Part shown: positions 15,553-22,479 of the stretch, in pieces | How the letters are laid out: every line of letters starts with the position of its first letter | Position numbering within the stretch: the first letter of the stretch is position 1 | Origin: a phage | Strand: one strand, 5' to 3' | Sequence record: QB023162.1 | DNA: 40,208 nt | Made by a program: the position numbers and the translations under genes | The notes under the pieces: generated by a model | What the model was told of the DNA's origin: nothing | Database searches by the model: none | The model's input: the letters and a program-made list of their open reading frames with translations, nothing else

Positions 15553-15590
15553 TCCTCCAGGTGCGTATTAAGTATGCAGTAACTGGAGGA
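15553..15590 (-). promoter_or_regulatory. SD-sequestering stem-loop in the holin leader
   Basis: Perfect 8-bp inverted repeat TCCTCCAG (15553..15560) / CTGGAGGA (15583..15590); on the mRNA the holin SD pairs with an upstream anti-SD across a 22-nt loop. Confidence 0.4.
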
Positions 15591-15621
15591 TACCACGGGT
15601 AGGAATTATCCTAATAACGGT

Positions 15622-15903
15622 TTATTTATGACGCCAGATGTATTGTCGTCTCTGCGGTTTCGTCGGAATATCTTCATACCCCAGCGATTTCCAGTAATTA
15701 AATAACAGGTTAGCGATTGCTGCGCGTTCCTTTGTCTTGAACTCACCCAGATTCACGGCCTTCCCGCCCTGGAATCCACAGGCTCGTACCGCTTTACGCC
15801 GTTCTGCCAGCTCCTTATAAGTTGCGTTACGTGCTCGCGTCTTAACTTTCGGTGACAGCGGCGCAAGGCCGCTTCGTTTCAGGATGTCAGTTGCTAATGA
15901 CAT
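15622..15903 (-). CDS. hypothetical basic protein (93 aa)
   Basis: ORF table; SD AGGAGA upstream of ATG 15903; Lys/Arg-rich. Confidence 0.45.
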   Translation of the reverse strand: MSLATDILKRSGLAPLSPKVKTRARNATYKELAERRKAVRACGFQGGKAVNLGEFKTKERAAIANLLFNYWKSLGYEDIPTKPQRRQYIWRHK

Positions 15904-16121
15904 TATCTCTCCTGTTTACCAAGTCGCTTAGGTGAGCAGATAGCGCGTACCTCTGAATCGTTGGGCTTGTCACCCTGAAACAGGAAGTGCGCGTTCTCTG
16001 CGGCGCGTGCCGCCGACTGGCACGCCTCCATCGAATAAAACGTTTCGGATGCCGCTAGTTGCATCTGGCCCGCGGACAATACCCAGATAAATAAGATGCT
16101 GGTCATTTCTTTAACCCACAT
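15903..16121 (-). CDS. small secreted protein with N-terminal signal peptide (start at ATG 16121 or 16106)
   Basis: Hydrophobic N-terminus TSILFIWVLSAGQMQLAA followed by a polar domain with two Cys; ATGA coupling at 16103..16106. Confidence 0.4.
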   Translation of the reverse strand: MWVKEMTSILFIWVLSAGQMQLAASETFYSMEACQSAARAAENAHFLFQGDKPNDSEVRAICSPKRLGKQER

Positions 16122-16648
16122 TTAATGCACATACATGGAAACCCGACTCCGTAAAATTGCCATTCGTGTTCACACTCGCTGGATTTAGTCACGCCGCAAT
16201 TAATACAAACGGCGGGAGCCTTACCATTAACGAATCGCCAGTTATGGTGGCATTCCTGTGTATCTTCTTTGCGGCAACCAGATTGCTCAGGTCCGTGTTC
16301 ACCTACTACGTATCGCTGACCCACAGAAATGTAGCCGCCTTTGCGGATAAGTTTGTAGGCCTCTGCGTCACCTGTAGCTGTAGCAAGTCGTTTCACCAGG
16401 TCCTCAACTTGCGCTTGAAGGCGCAAAGCGTCATTACGATATGCGGACGATTGCCCGGTCATATGTGATATGTGCTCGGATTTCCTAATGTTGTCTTCCT
16501 GCAACTCCTTAATCTGTTTCGACGCATCGCGTAACCGATTCTTAAGTGCCTGCACCTCATGCGCCAGGTCTTCGCACCGGTTGTTACTTACCTGCTGCCG
16601 TAGCTGGTCAATCAGGTACTCGAATACTTCGTTTTTGTTACTCATCAT
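16103..16648 (-). CDS. coiled-coil protein with C-terminal Cys/His-rich zinc-finger-like domain (start ATG 16648; table start is TTG 16651)
   Basis: N-terminal half is heptad-rich; the C-terminal 50 aa contain nine Cys and several His, including CINCG and CIKCG. Confidence 0.5.
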   Translation of the reverse strand: MMSNKNEVFEYLIDQLRQQVSNNRCEDLAHEVQALKNRLRDASKQIKELQEDNIRKSEHISHMTGQSSAYRNDALRLQAQVEDLVKRLATATGDAEAYKLIRKGGYISVGQRYVVGEHGPEQSGCRKEDTQECHHNWRFVNGKAPAVCINCGVTKSSECEHEWQFYGVGFPCMCIKCGLKK

Positions 16649-16757
16649 CAACCCCCATTGTTATCGCTTTAGTGTCTCCGTTGCACACCGAAGTGCTGCC
16701 CATTATTTCGTAAGCATCTACCAGTTCGCCTAAAGTCCAGCTACCGTACCCGCCCAT
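16638..16757 (-). CDS. unlisted 39-aa ORF, first gene after class A promoter O2
   Basis: ATG 16757 with SD GAGAGGAGAG, 42 nt downstream of the -10 element. Confidence 0.3.
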   Translation of the reverse strand: MGGYGSWTLGELVDAYEIMGSTSVCNGDTKAITMGVDDE

Positions 16758-16785
16758 CTTCCGTCTCTCCTCTCGTTTGTGTAAA

Positions 16786-16817
16786 TGAATAGTAACCTAT
16801 TCTATCTCAGTGTACAA
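16786..16817 (-). promoter_or_regulatory. class A promoter with operator copy O2 (minus orientation)
   Basis: Palindrome TGAATAG-TAAC-CTATTCT (16786..16803); minus-strand -10 TAGAAT preceded by TTGTAC. Confidence 0.45.
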
Positions 16818-16824
16818 GTAAATT

Positions 16825-16995
16825 TTATTGGTGTTTTAAAGATAATCGTTCACCTCTAATCCAGTAGTACCTCGGGCGTCGCGCCCACTGACGCCATCGC
16901 ATAACACGGTACTTGTTGCCGTCTGACGCAACAATAAGCCCGAATCGCTTTTCTCCGTTTCTACCGGTCCAGGTTACGATGTCATTCAGTTTCAT
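16825..16995 (-). CDS. unlisted 56-aa ORF
   Basis: ATG 16995 with SD AGGAG; open frame to TAA at 16825..16827. Confidence 0.35.
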   Translation of the reverse strand: MKLNDIVTWTGRNGEKRFGLIVASDGNKYRVMRWRQWARRPRYYWIRGERLSLKHQ

Positions 16996-17065
16996 TGTTG
17001 CATCTCCTGCAATAGTCGCTTCGATTGTTGCGTTTGGTGAAATAGAACAAAAATGAGAAAAATGA

Positions 17066-17087
17066 TACGCTGCTGTGTAGCAGCGTA
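17066..17087 (-). terminator. rho-independent terminator within the leftward early block
   Basis: 9-bp stem TACGCTGCT/AGCAGCGTA with loop GTGT; on the minus strand it is followed by TCATTTTTCTCATTTTTG. Confidence 0.55.
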
Positions 17088-17098
17088 AGTCACAAAGC

Positions 17099-17116
17099 CA
17101 AATAGTAACCTATTGG
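17099..17116. promoter_or_regulatory. degenerate operator copy O3
   Basis: CAAATAG-TAAC-CTATTGG keeps the AATAG-N4-CTATT core but no usable -10; overlaps the stop of ORF 17110..17259. Confidence 0.3.
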
Positions 17117-17259
17117 CCTGTTACACCAGCACGAAATTGCACACCAGCTTTCCACGCCCGCCACGCGAGACGCGTCTTAACGTTCAGGTATTCTTTCTTT
17201 GAGCCCTTGTTAACCGACAGACCCTCGACAACGGCCCACCGTTCAAATGCTTCTCTCAT
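17110..17259 (-). CDS. unlisted 49-aa ORF
   Basis: ATG 17259 with SD GGAGGA 7 nt upstream; TAG stop at 17110..17112. Confidence 0.3.
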   Translation of the reverse strand: MREAFERWAVVEGLSVNKGSKKEYLNVKTRLAWRAWKAGVQFRAGVTGQ

Positions 17260-17262
17260 AAC

Positions 17263-17454
17263 TTAGTCCTCCAGAACTTCACATTCACGGTTACGCACGT
17301 ACAGCTCCTCGCCGCAGTGTTCGACGAAGTGTCCAAAATCATTACTTGACGTAACCTCGAACTCATCACCTATCGAAACTCCAAATTGGCGCAAAGAATG
17401 GTCGCCATACCCCGGCGGCAGCACATAATCAATATCAGTTATACGAATTCTCAT
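17263..17454 (-). CDS. hypothetical protein (63 aa from ATG 17454)
   Basis: ORF table; SD GGGAGG 8 nt before ATG 17454; TAATG overlap with the upstream gene. Confidence 0.45.
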   Translation of the reverse strand: MRIRITDIDYVLPPGYGDHSLRQFGVSIGDEFEVTSSNDFGHFVEHCGEELYVRNRECEVLED

Positions 17455-17705
17455 TAACGGCAACCTCCCTCAGAGTCGTCCGCACGAGCATCATGATTCG
17501 ATGCCGTTGTGAATGATGCGGAAACAACATTGAAGAAAATAACGGTTAAAGTCTCGCCCACAGTGTCCTCTAAATCCCATTCATCACCGTCTTCATCTAA
17601 AACGTATCGACGGCCGTCGTAATATACTCCTGACGAATATTTGTTACCTTTCACAAACCAATCCTGCACATCCTGGCTGGATTCAATACAAATTAATTCT
17701 TCCAT
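17454..17705 (-). CDS. hypothetical acidic protein (83 aa from ATG 17705)
   Basis: ORF table; ATGA overlap with the upstream gene. Confidence 0.45.
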   Translation of the reverse strand: MEELICIESSQDVQDWFVKGNKYSSGVYYDGRRYVLDEDGDEWDLEDTVGETLTVIFFNVVSASFTTASNHDARADDSEGGCR

Positions 17706-17890
17706 CACTTCGCCCCTTTGAATTTAAAATTGTTGCCGATGAGTTCTAAATTGTCGCGGAAAGCGTAACCATGTTTCTTTCGTACAAGGCCCCATATGTC
17801 TACAGCGATACTGTAGTCATCCTCGTCCTGGGTAACTATTACGTACTGTCCGCCGCGTTTCGTTTTCACCAACTGACCCTTCTTAAACAT
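17705..17890 (-). CDS. hypothetical protein (61 aa from ATG 17890), first gene after class A promoter O4
   Basis: SD AGAGGAG 8 nt upstream of ATG 17890; 44 nt downstream of the -10 element. Confidence 0.45.
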   Translation of the reverse strand: MFKKGQLVKTKRGGQYVIVTQDEDDYSIAVDIWGLVRKKHGYAFRDNLELIGNNFKFKGAK

Positions 17891-17921
17891 AACCCTCACT
17901 CCTCTGTCTCGTTCCGATAAG

Positions 17922-17953
17922 TGAATAGTATCCTATTATGTTGAGGTGTGCAA
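17922..17953 (-). promoter_or_regulatory. class A promoter with operator copy O4 (minus orientation)
   Basis: Palindrome TGAATAG-TATC-CTATTAT (17922..17939); minus-strand -10 CATAAT preceded by TTGCAC. Confidence 0.5.
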
Positions 17954-18323
17954 GAGATTAGTTACGCTGCCGTTGTGATTCTTTCGAAACTGTTGTGCCT
18001 TTATTCTTATTACTTGGTAACTAAAGGGCAGGCCTTAAGCCTGCCCAATAATCGTTACATTTTTACGGTTGCGAATCTACGGCATTTTAAGAAAATCAGA
18101 TACTTAAGAGATATGCTGCCGATGAGAATAGAGCTTGCCCAGGGCAACCGGAGATACTTAGGAAGGAAAGTTACGATAATTCTTATGTTCAGTAAGCCTG
18201 TGTTTAACCCTTTGCTTGTCGCACGGGTTAAACATTCTTACGAGGTGAACAGGAATCAAAGTAACTAAGATATAGAAGCACCTTAAACGAAGATTTTCAT
18301 AATGTCAATAGGTACGATTATGT

Positions 18324-18352
18324 TTGATTTCCCATTATTCGCAATGTATACT
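18324..18352 (+). promoter_or_regulatory. sigma70-like promoter for the rightward early operon
   Basis: TTGATT (18324..18329), 17-nt spacer, TATACT (18347..18352); 32 nt upstream of ATG 18385; no operator palindrome. Confidence 0.45.
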
Positions 18353-18384
18353 CGGTTTCGTTAACTGATAATGAGGGCTTTGGA

Positions 18385-18555
18385 ATGACACAGAATGAAG
18401 TAGCAGAGCGTATCGGGGTTACTCGTCGCACGCTGAATAACTGGTTAAAGAGTGGGAAGTTCCCGGATTGTTGTATTCGCATTATGGGCCGCCGGCAGCC
18501 AGGTACGTTTGACCCGGAGAAAGTGGAAGCGTGGATTAAGGAGAACGTAAAATGA
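18385..18555 (+). CDS. unlisted 56-aa HTH DNA-binding protein (excisionase/AlpA-like HTH)
   Basis: Translation MTQNEVAERIGVTRRTLNNWLKSGKFP... fits an Xis/MerR-type helix-turn-helix; SD GAGGG; ATGA coupling to the next gene. Confidence 0.5.
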   Translation: MTQNEVAERIGVTRRTLNNWLKSGKFPDCCIRIMGRRQPGTFDPEKVEAWIKENVK

Positions 18556-18785
18556 CCGAGTTCCAGTCACGTGTATTTACGGCGGTCGTTTCATTAACAC
18601 GTAAAAAAGGGTCGTGCAGCGTTATCGACTTGCGTCGTAGTTATTTTAAGTACTATAGTTCCGCCATTATTGAAGGGTCGTTGAAGGTGCTGGTTAAATC
18701 CGGTGTCGTGAAAAACACTGGCGGGAAATATAGCGCCGTTGCAGAAGTTCGCGGAATGACCGCTACTTTAGAAGACCTGGAATAA
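18552..18785 (+). CDS. hypothetical protein (77 aa)
   Basis: ORF table; translationally coupled to the upstream HTH gene. Confidence 0.45.
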   Translation: MTEFQSRVFTAVVSLTRKKGSCSVIDLRRSYFKYYSSAIIEGSLKVLVKSGVVKNTGGKYSAVAEVRGMTATLEDLE

Positions 18786-18843
18786 AAGAAAGCCCCGACG
18801 CGGTGAACGCCGAGGCCAAATTACTTGCTGAAGGAAATACAAC

Positions 18844-21084
18844 ATGTCCGATGTAATTTTATCCTACTCGTGGTCACGTCGCAACGCGCGGGCGGAGAAA
18901 AAGGATATAAACGTCAGAACCACACACACGGCAACACTAGACGACCTGAAAGGGTTAATCCAGCCGCTCGATGCCGTTCGTGATGGAATTAACCCGAAGA
19001 CCGCGCCGGGGTATATCACCGCCGCGTGCGACTCTACGCACAGCACTGTAAAAGACCCGGAAACAGGTGACTTTAAGCAAGCGCGTAAAGGCTTTTTCTA
19101 TCGCTGTGACGCGTCTGTAAGCAAATCGTCGCTGGCGTATCTGGACTTCGACAGCGCAACACCGGAGGAGTACCAGGAAGCGGTGCGCCTGGTTAAGCGC
19201 AGCCGCCTGGCGATGTGCCTCTACACTACGGCATCACATACCGACGAGTCCCCTCGCTTTCGCGTCGTTATGCCGCTGGGTTGCCCGGTCGAAGGTGGTG
19301 ACATCATCCGCGTTCGTCATGGATTGCTGGAGCACTTCTTCAAAGGTATGGGCGCTGACCGCAGCGGGTTCACCCTGTCGCAGCCGATGTACCTGCCGCC
19401 GGTTGGCTCTACCGTTATCTGGTCGCGCCGCAACGACCTGATTGACCCGGACGAGTTACTGGAGGGCATCCCCGCCGTTGACGTTAGTTGCGCATCTGAC
19501 TACCAGATACCGGAAGAACTGCGCACCGCGTTTACAGATGCGTTTGAGGCGCTGGCGTTCGAGTACGGCGGTGTCATGACACCGCGCGGCCTTAAGATGC
19601 CGGCTACACCGGAACACGCCGAAAACTACAGCGACCCGACCCCGCGCCCGGACGACTTCCTGTTGTGCTTCCCTCGCGAGGGATATGAAGCGCCTAACGT
19701 AACCATGATCCACGACACCGACATTACGGCAACCGAAGGCATGTCACCGAAGGAGGTGTGGAAGTATGCGTGCGATGCGACTGGGCTGCCGTTCAGTGAA
19801 GTGGCTGAGGCCATAGGTTGGGGTGCGCGTGAATCTGTCTCATGCAGCCTAGACGACCTGGAAGACGATGATGACTCAGAGGAGGGCGAGTTGCCGGAAC
19901 CGGTAAAGGCTGATTTCGTCGTTGAAGGGTACATGCCGTCAGATTGCATATGGGATATTGTCGGGGAATCTGGCACGTACAAATCGTTCTATACGCTTGG
20001 GATGATGTACCTTAGCGCTGCCGGATACCGGTTTGCGGGGGCAGATACCCAACGTTGTCACCATTTCTATATTGATGGCGAAGGTGGTGCCGCTACACGC
20101 ACCCGTATCGACGCACTCGCGGCTAAGTACGGCGAGGAAGGTAAAGATTATGTACATGTCATCGATATGGGCGAAGTCGGAAAACTGAAAAGCCTGATTA
20201 AGTTAATGCGCGAAACTGCGGGCGATGAACCTATTGGCATGGTTGCGTTCGACACCCTTAACCAGACCCTGGCCCTGACGATTGATAAGTTTGACGAGAA
20301 CAGCTCATCAACGACAATCGGTATGGGTAAAGTTATCGCCATCCTGAAAGAAGTGCGTGACGCGACTAAAGCCGCGGTAGGCGTCGTCCACCATACCCCG
20401 AAGGGGGGAAAGAAAGCCCGTGGCAGCGGGGCACTGTATGCAGGTGTCGACGTGGAACTGACGATTGAACGTGCAACCGACCGTCAAATAAACGTATACC
20501 ACTCTAAATTCAAGCACGGGCCGCAGCAGAAGACGGTTGGCATGGTTCTTGAGTCAGTACAGTTCCGTGAAGCGCCGCCGCCGAAAGAGTACCGTGCGGT
20601 TGAGTTCCTGGGTAGCACAGAAGAATACGGCACAATCGTAAACCTGGACCTTCCTGAGCCACACAAGGCGCTTGTGTTGATGCCGTGGGGCTTCGAGCCG
20701 TTCAAGACTGACGAGGAGAAAGAGCGAGAAGAAGGGCTGACAAAGGAAGGTAAAGAAAACGTAAAGAATGCTGTAAAACGCGGGAAGGATGAAGGGCGTA
20801 AGGAATCAATACTTGCAGCACTGGAAGACCTGCAACAGTCCGACGACACAGGCCGCGGTTTTACCCAACGGCAGATAGTAGCGAACTCGGGCGACCACGC
20901 CATCACCAACCACCATCTCGAGAAGATGCTGAAAGACGGGGAGTTGATGCTCGGGTGCGATGTTAACGGTGAAGTTATGCCAGGCACATACCGGATACCG
21001 GAAAAGATGGGTGACAGATTAAGGCCGAAGACAATATACGAACCAAATGAAATGCTGGTGGTTACAGAGGAGGATTTGGAATAG
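18844..21084 (+). CDS. putative replicative primase/helicase (P-loop NTPase in C-terminal half)
   Basis: 746 aa; Walker A-like GESGTYKS and Walker B-like MVAFD in the central/C-terminal region; SD GAAGGA; primase assignment of the N-terminal half is by analogy only. Confidence 0.55.
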   Translation: MSDVILSYSWSRRNARAEKKDINVRTTHTATLDDLKGLIQPLDAVRDGINPKTAPGYITAACDSTHSTVKDPETGDFKQARKGFFYRCDASVSKSSLAYLDFDSATPEEYQEAVRLVKRSRLAMCLYTTASHTDESPRFRVVMPLGCPVEGGDIIRVRHGLLEHFFKGMGADRSGFTLSQPMYLPPVGSTVIWSRRNDLIDPDELLEGIPAVDVSCASDYQIPEELRTAFTDAFEALAFEYGGVMTPRGLKMPATPEHAENYSDPTPRPDDFLLCFPREGYEAPNVTMIHDTDITATEGMSPKEVWKYACDATGLPFSEVAEAIGWGARESVSCSLDDLEDDDDSEEGELPEPVKADFVVEGYMPSDCIWDIVGESGTYKSFYTLGMMYLSAAGYRFAGADTQRCHHFYIDGEGGAATRTRIDALAAKYGEEGKDYVHVIDMGEVGKLKSLIKLMRETAGDEPIGMVAFDTLNQTLALTIDKFDENSSSTTIGMGKVIAILKEVRDATKAAVGVVHHTPKGGKKARGSGALYAGVDVELTIERATDRQINVYHSKFKHGPQQKTVGMVLESVQFREAPPPKEYRAVEFLGSTEEYGTIVNLDLPEPHKALVLMPWGFEPFKTDEEKEREEGLTKEGKENVKNAVKRGKDEGRKESILAALEDLQQSDDTGRGFTQRQIVANSGDHAITNHHLEKMLKDGELMLGCDVNGEVMPGTYRIPEKMGDRLRPKTIYEPNEMLVVTEEDLE

Positions 21085-21093
21085 GTAAAAAGA

Positions 21094-21112
21094 AAGGGGC
21101 GTTAAGCCCCTT
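21094..21112. terminator. bidirectional stem-loop between convergent primase/helicase and the XRE gene
   Basis: AAGGGGC-gttaa-GCCCCTT; the minus strand has TTCTTTTTACC downstream; includes the XRE stop codon. Confidence 0.5.
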
Positions 21113-21317
21113 CACCGAATGCCAGCCACTTGGCGTCTACTTGCAGCACTTCCGCCAGTTTAAACAGCGTCGCCGGGCGGACGTCTTGGGTTACCCCAAG
21201 TGCCAGCTGGTTAATTGCGCCCTGGGAAACCCCGGTCAGCACCGCCAGACGGCGCTGGGAGATGCCGAGTTCTTTACGGCGCTGTTCTACACGGATGCCT
21301 AGTTCAGATGGTTGCAT
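21102..21317 (-). CDS. XRE-family (Cro/CI-type) HTH transcriptional regulator, candidate operator-binding repressor
   Basis: 71 aa; segment ISQRRLAVLTGVSQGAINQL is a classic HTH_3 motif; SD AAGGAG; its own promoter carries operator O5. Confidence 0.75.
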   Translation of the reverse strand: MQPSELGIRVEQRRKELGISQRRLAVLTGVSQGAINQLALGVTQDVRPATLFKLAEVLQVDAKWLAFGEGA

Positions 21318-21345
21318 GTCAATTACTCCTTAGTTAGTTTATATG

Positions 21346-21363
21346 TGAATAGTACCATATTAA
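21346..21363 (-). promoter_or_regulatory. operator copy O5 with -10 TAATAT for the XRE gene (minus orientation)
   Basis: TGAATAG-TACC-ATATTAA; the -10 lies 40 nt upstream of ATG 21317. Confidence 0.45.
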
Positions 21364-21381
21364 TTATTTTAGAAAAGCCCA

Positions 21382-21410
21382 TTGACAAGTGAATAGCTCG
21401 CTATTATAGT
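21382..21410 (+). promoter_or_regulatory. class B promoter PB1 with operator O6 in the spacer
   Basis: TTGACA (21382..21387), 17 nt containing TGAATAG-CTCG-CTATTAT (21390..21407), TATAGT (21405..21410). Confidence 0.65.
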
Positions 21411-21441
21411 TAGCCCATACCAAATGAGAGGAGAGAAACAA

Positions 21442-21963
21442 ATGTTAGAACAATTCTTAAAATTACTGGAGCGTTTCGTAGTTGCCCATGAACTGATTGC
21501 GGCGAATAGTGCGAAACAAGTTGTCGTTGCCGAAGTAGATGGGTTAACCGCAGAGACTAAAGCAGACGTAGTTCGTGCCGTTGTAAAAGCTGAAGTAACG
21601 AAAGAAATCCCGGTAGAAGGTGAAGACACCGTTGACACTAAACCAGCAGAAGAAGAGAAGCCGAAGCGCAAGCCGCGTAAAGCTAAAGCAGAGGAACCGA
21701 CGCCAGAGCCGGAAGAAGAGAAGGAAGAAGAGAAGGAAGAAGAGAAGGAAGAAGTTGATTATCAGTCTCTGCGTGACCAGATTCAGGCCATCGACGATGC
21801 GATTAACGAAGGTCCTAGCGATGCTGCGTGCGATGATTCCGATGAACTGCTGGAAGAGTTCACCGGTAAGAAAATGAAGATTGCCGCGGTTAAAGACGAA
21901 GACCTGGCTGAATACCTGGAACGCCTGACGGCAATCAAGAACAAGTATTTCGAAGAAGAATAA
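21442..21963 (+). CDS. acidic low-complexity early protein (about 174 aa; start ATG 21442 rather than table 21424)
   Basis: SD GAGAGGAGAG before ATG 21442; strongly acidic with an (EEEK)n tract; the only gene between PB1 and the following terminator. Confidence 0.55.
   Translation: MLEQFLKLLERFVVAHELIAANSAKQVVVAEVDGLTAETKADVVRAVVKAEVTKEIPVEGEDTVDTKPAEEEKPKRKPRKAKAEEPTPEPEEEKEEEKEEEKEEVDYQSLRDQIQAIDDAINEGPSDAACDDSDELLEEFTGKKMKIAAVKDEDLAEYLERLTAIKNKYFEEE
21711..21754 (+). repeat. in-frame 12-bp tandem repeat (GGAAGAAGAGAA, about 3.7 copies)
   Basis: Three exact copies at 21711..21746 plus a partial copy; encodes the EEEK repeat. Confidence 0.8.
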
Positions 21964-21970
21964 CTATCCC

Positions 21971-21990
21971 GCGGCCTTCGGGCCGCTTTA
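21971..21990 (+). terminator. stem-loop terminator/attenuator after the acidic gene
   Basis: GCGGCC-ttcg-GGCCGC followed by TTTAACT; the U-tract is weak, so partial termination is likely. Confidence 0.4.
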
Positions 21991-22006
21991 ACTGAGGGTC
22001 GGAATT

Positions 22007-22210
22007 ATGGCTATTTTAGCTAAGAAAAGTGGTCTTATGATTTCAGGACGAGTAATAGAAGCAACAGATAACTTTGTATGCTTCCATGCGGTAGATAACA
22101 AACGTCCTACGTATGTACAAAAGTCTGATAAAACGCAAAAAGTTTTCGACGGTTATTTTTCTATGGATGACGTTTTTGCGTGGATGGATTCTGTGAGGGT
22201 AAAGAAATGA
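22007..22210 (+). CDS. hypothetical protein (67 aa)
   Basis: ORF table; SD GAGGG before ATG 22007. Confidence 0.45.
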   Translation: MAILAKKSGLMISGRVIEATDNFVCFHAVDNKRPTYVQKSDKTQKVFDGYFSMDDVFAWMDSVRVKK

Positions 22211-22479
22211 TTTACCAACTCTACCGCGCCGTAGACAGGCGGGATAACACAGAGGCGCTATGGCTGTTGCGTGCGCCGTCCGGTGCACACCAGATGGAAG
22301 AGATGGCGTACTTAGGCAAAGTACCGCGTCCTAAAGACATAGGCCGTCACGTGTCGCTGATTAAGCGCACGACTTTCGCAAAACCTGACTTTTATGTCTT
22401 CGAGTCGATGTATGGCTGGGCTATGCACTGCGACCATAAGACACGACATTTAATTGACCAGTGGGAGAACAGGGTATGA
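22207..22479 (+). CDS. hypothetical protein (90 aa from ATG 22207)
   Basis: ATGA coupling at both ends (22207..22210 and 22476..22479). Confidence 0.45.
   Translation: MIYQLYRAVDRRDNTEALWLLRAPSGAHQMEEMAYLGKVPRPKDIGRHVSLIKRTTFAKPDFYVFESMYGWAMHCDHKTRHLIDQWENRV

Noticed and set aside
17948-18268. 106-aa plus-strand ORF in the AT-rich intergenic hub
   Set aside because: No SD, many rare-looking codons, and it overlaps hairpins and repeats; treated as non-coding.
19456-20987. Minus-strand ORFs inside the primase/helicase gene (19456..19713, 19626..19982, 20484..20987)
   Set aside because: Antisense to a long coding frame with Ser/Arg-rich translations; no initiation signals.
21102-21317. XRE HTH protein considered as a lysogenic CI repressor marking a temperate phage
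   Set aside because: No integrase, excision or partition genes are visible in about 40 kb, and the protein is Cro-sized at 71 aa; a lytic-cycle regulator is more likely. This does not exclude lysogeny functions outside the window.
21711-21754. Tandem repeat considered as a CRISPR-like or regulatory repeat array
   Set aside because: Only 12-bp units with no spacers, and it is in-frame inside a coding sequence; it is a coding low-complexity repeat.
21620-21877. Lys/Arg-rich 85-aa ORF in an alternative frame of the acidic gene
   Set aside because: It is an out-of-frame reading of the GAAGAAGAGAAG repeat region; the acidic frame has the SD and promoter.
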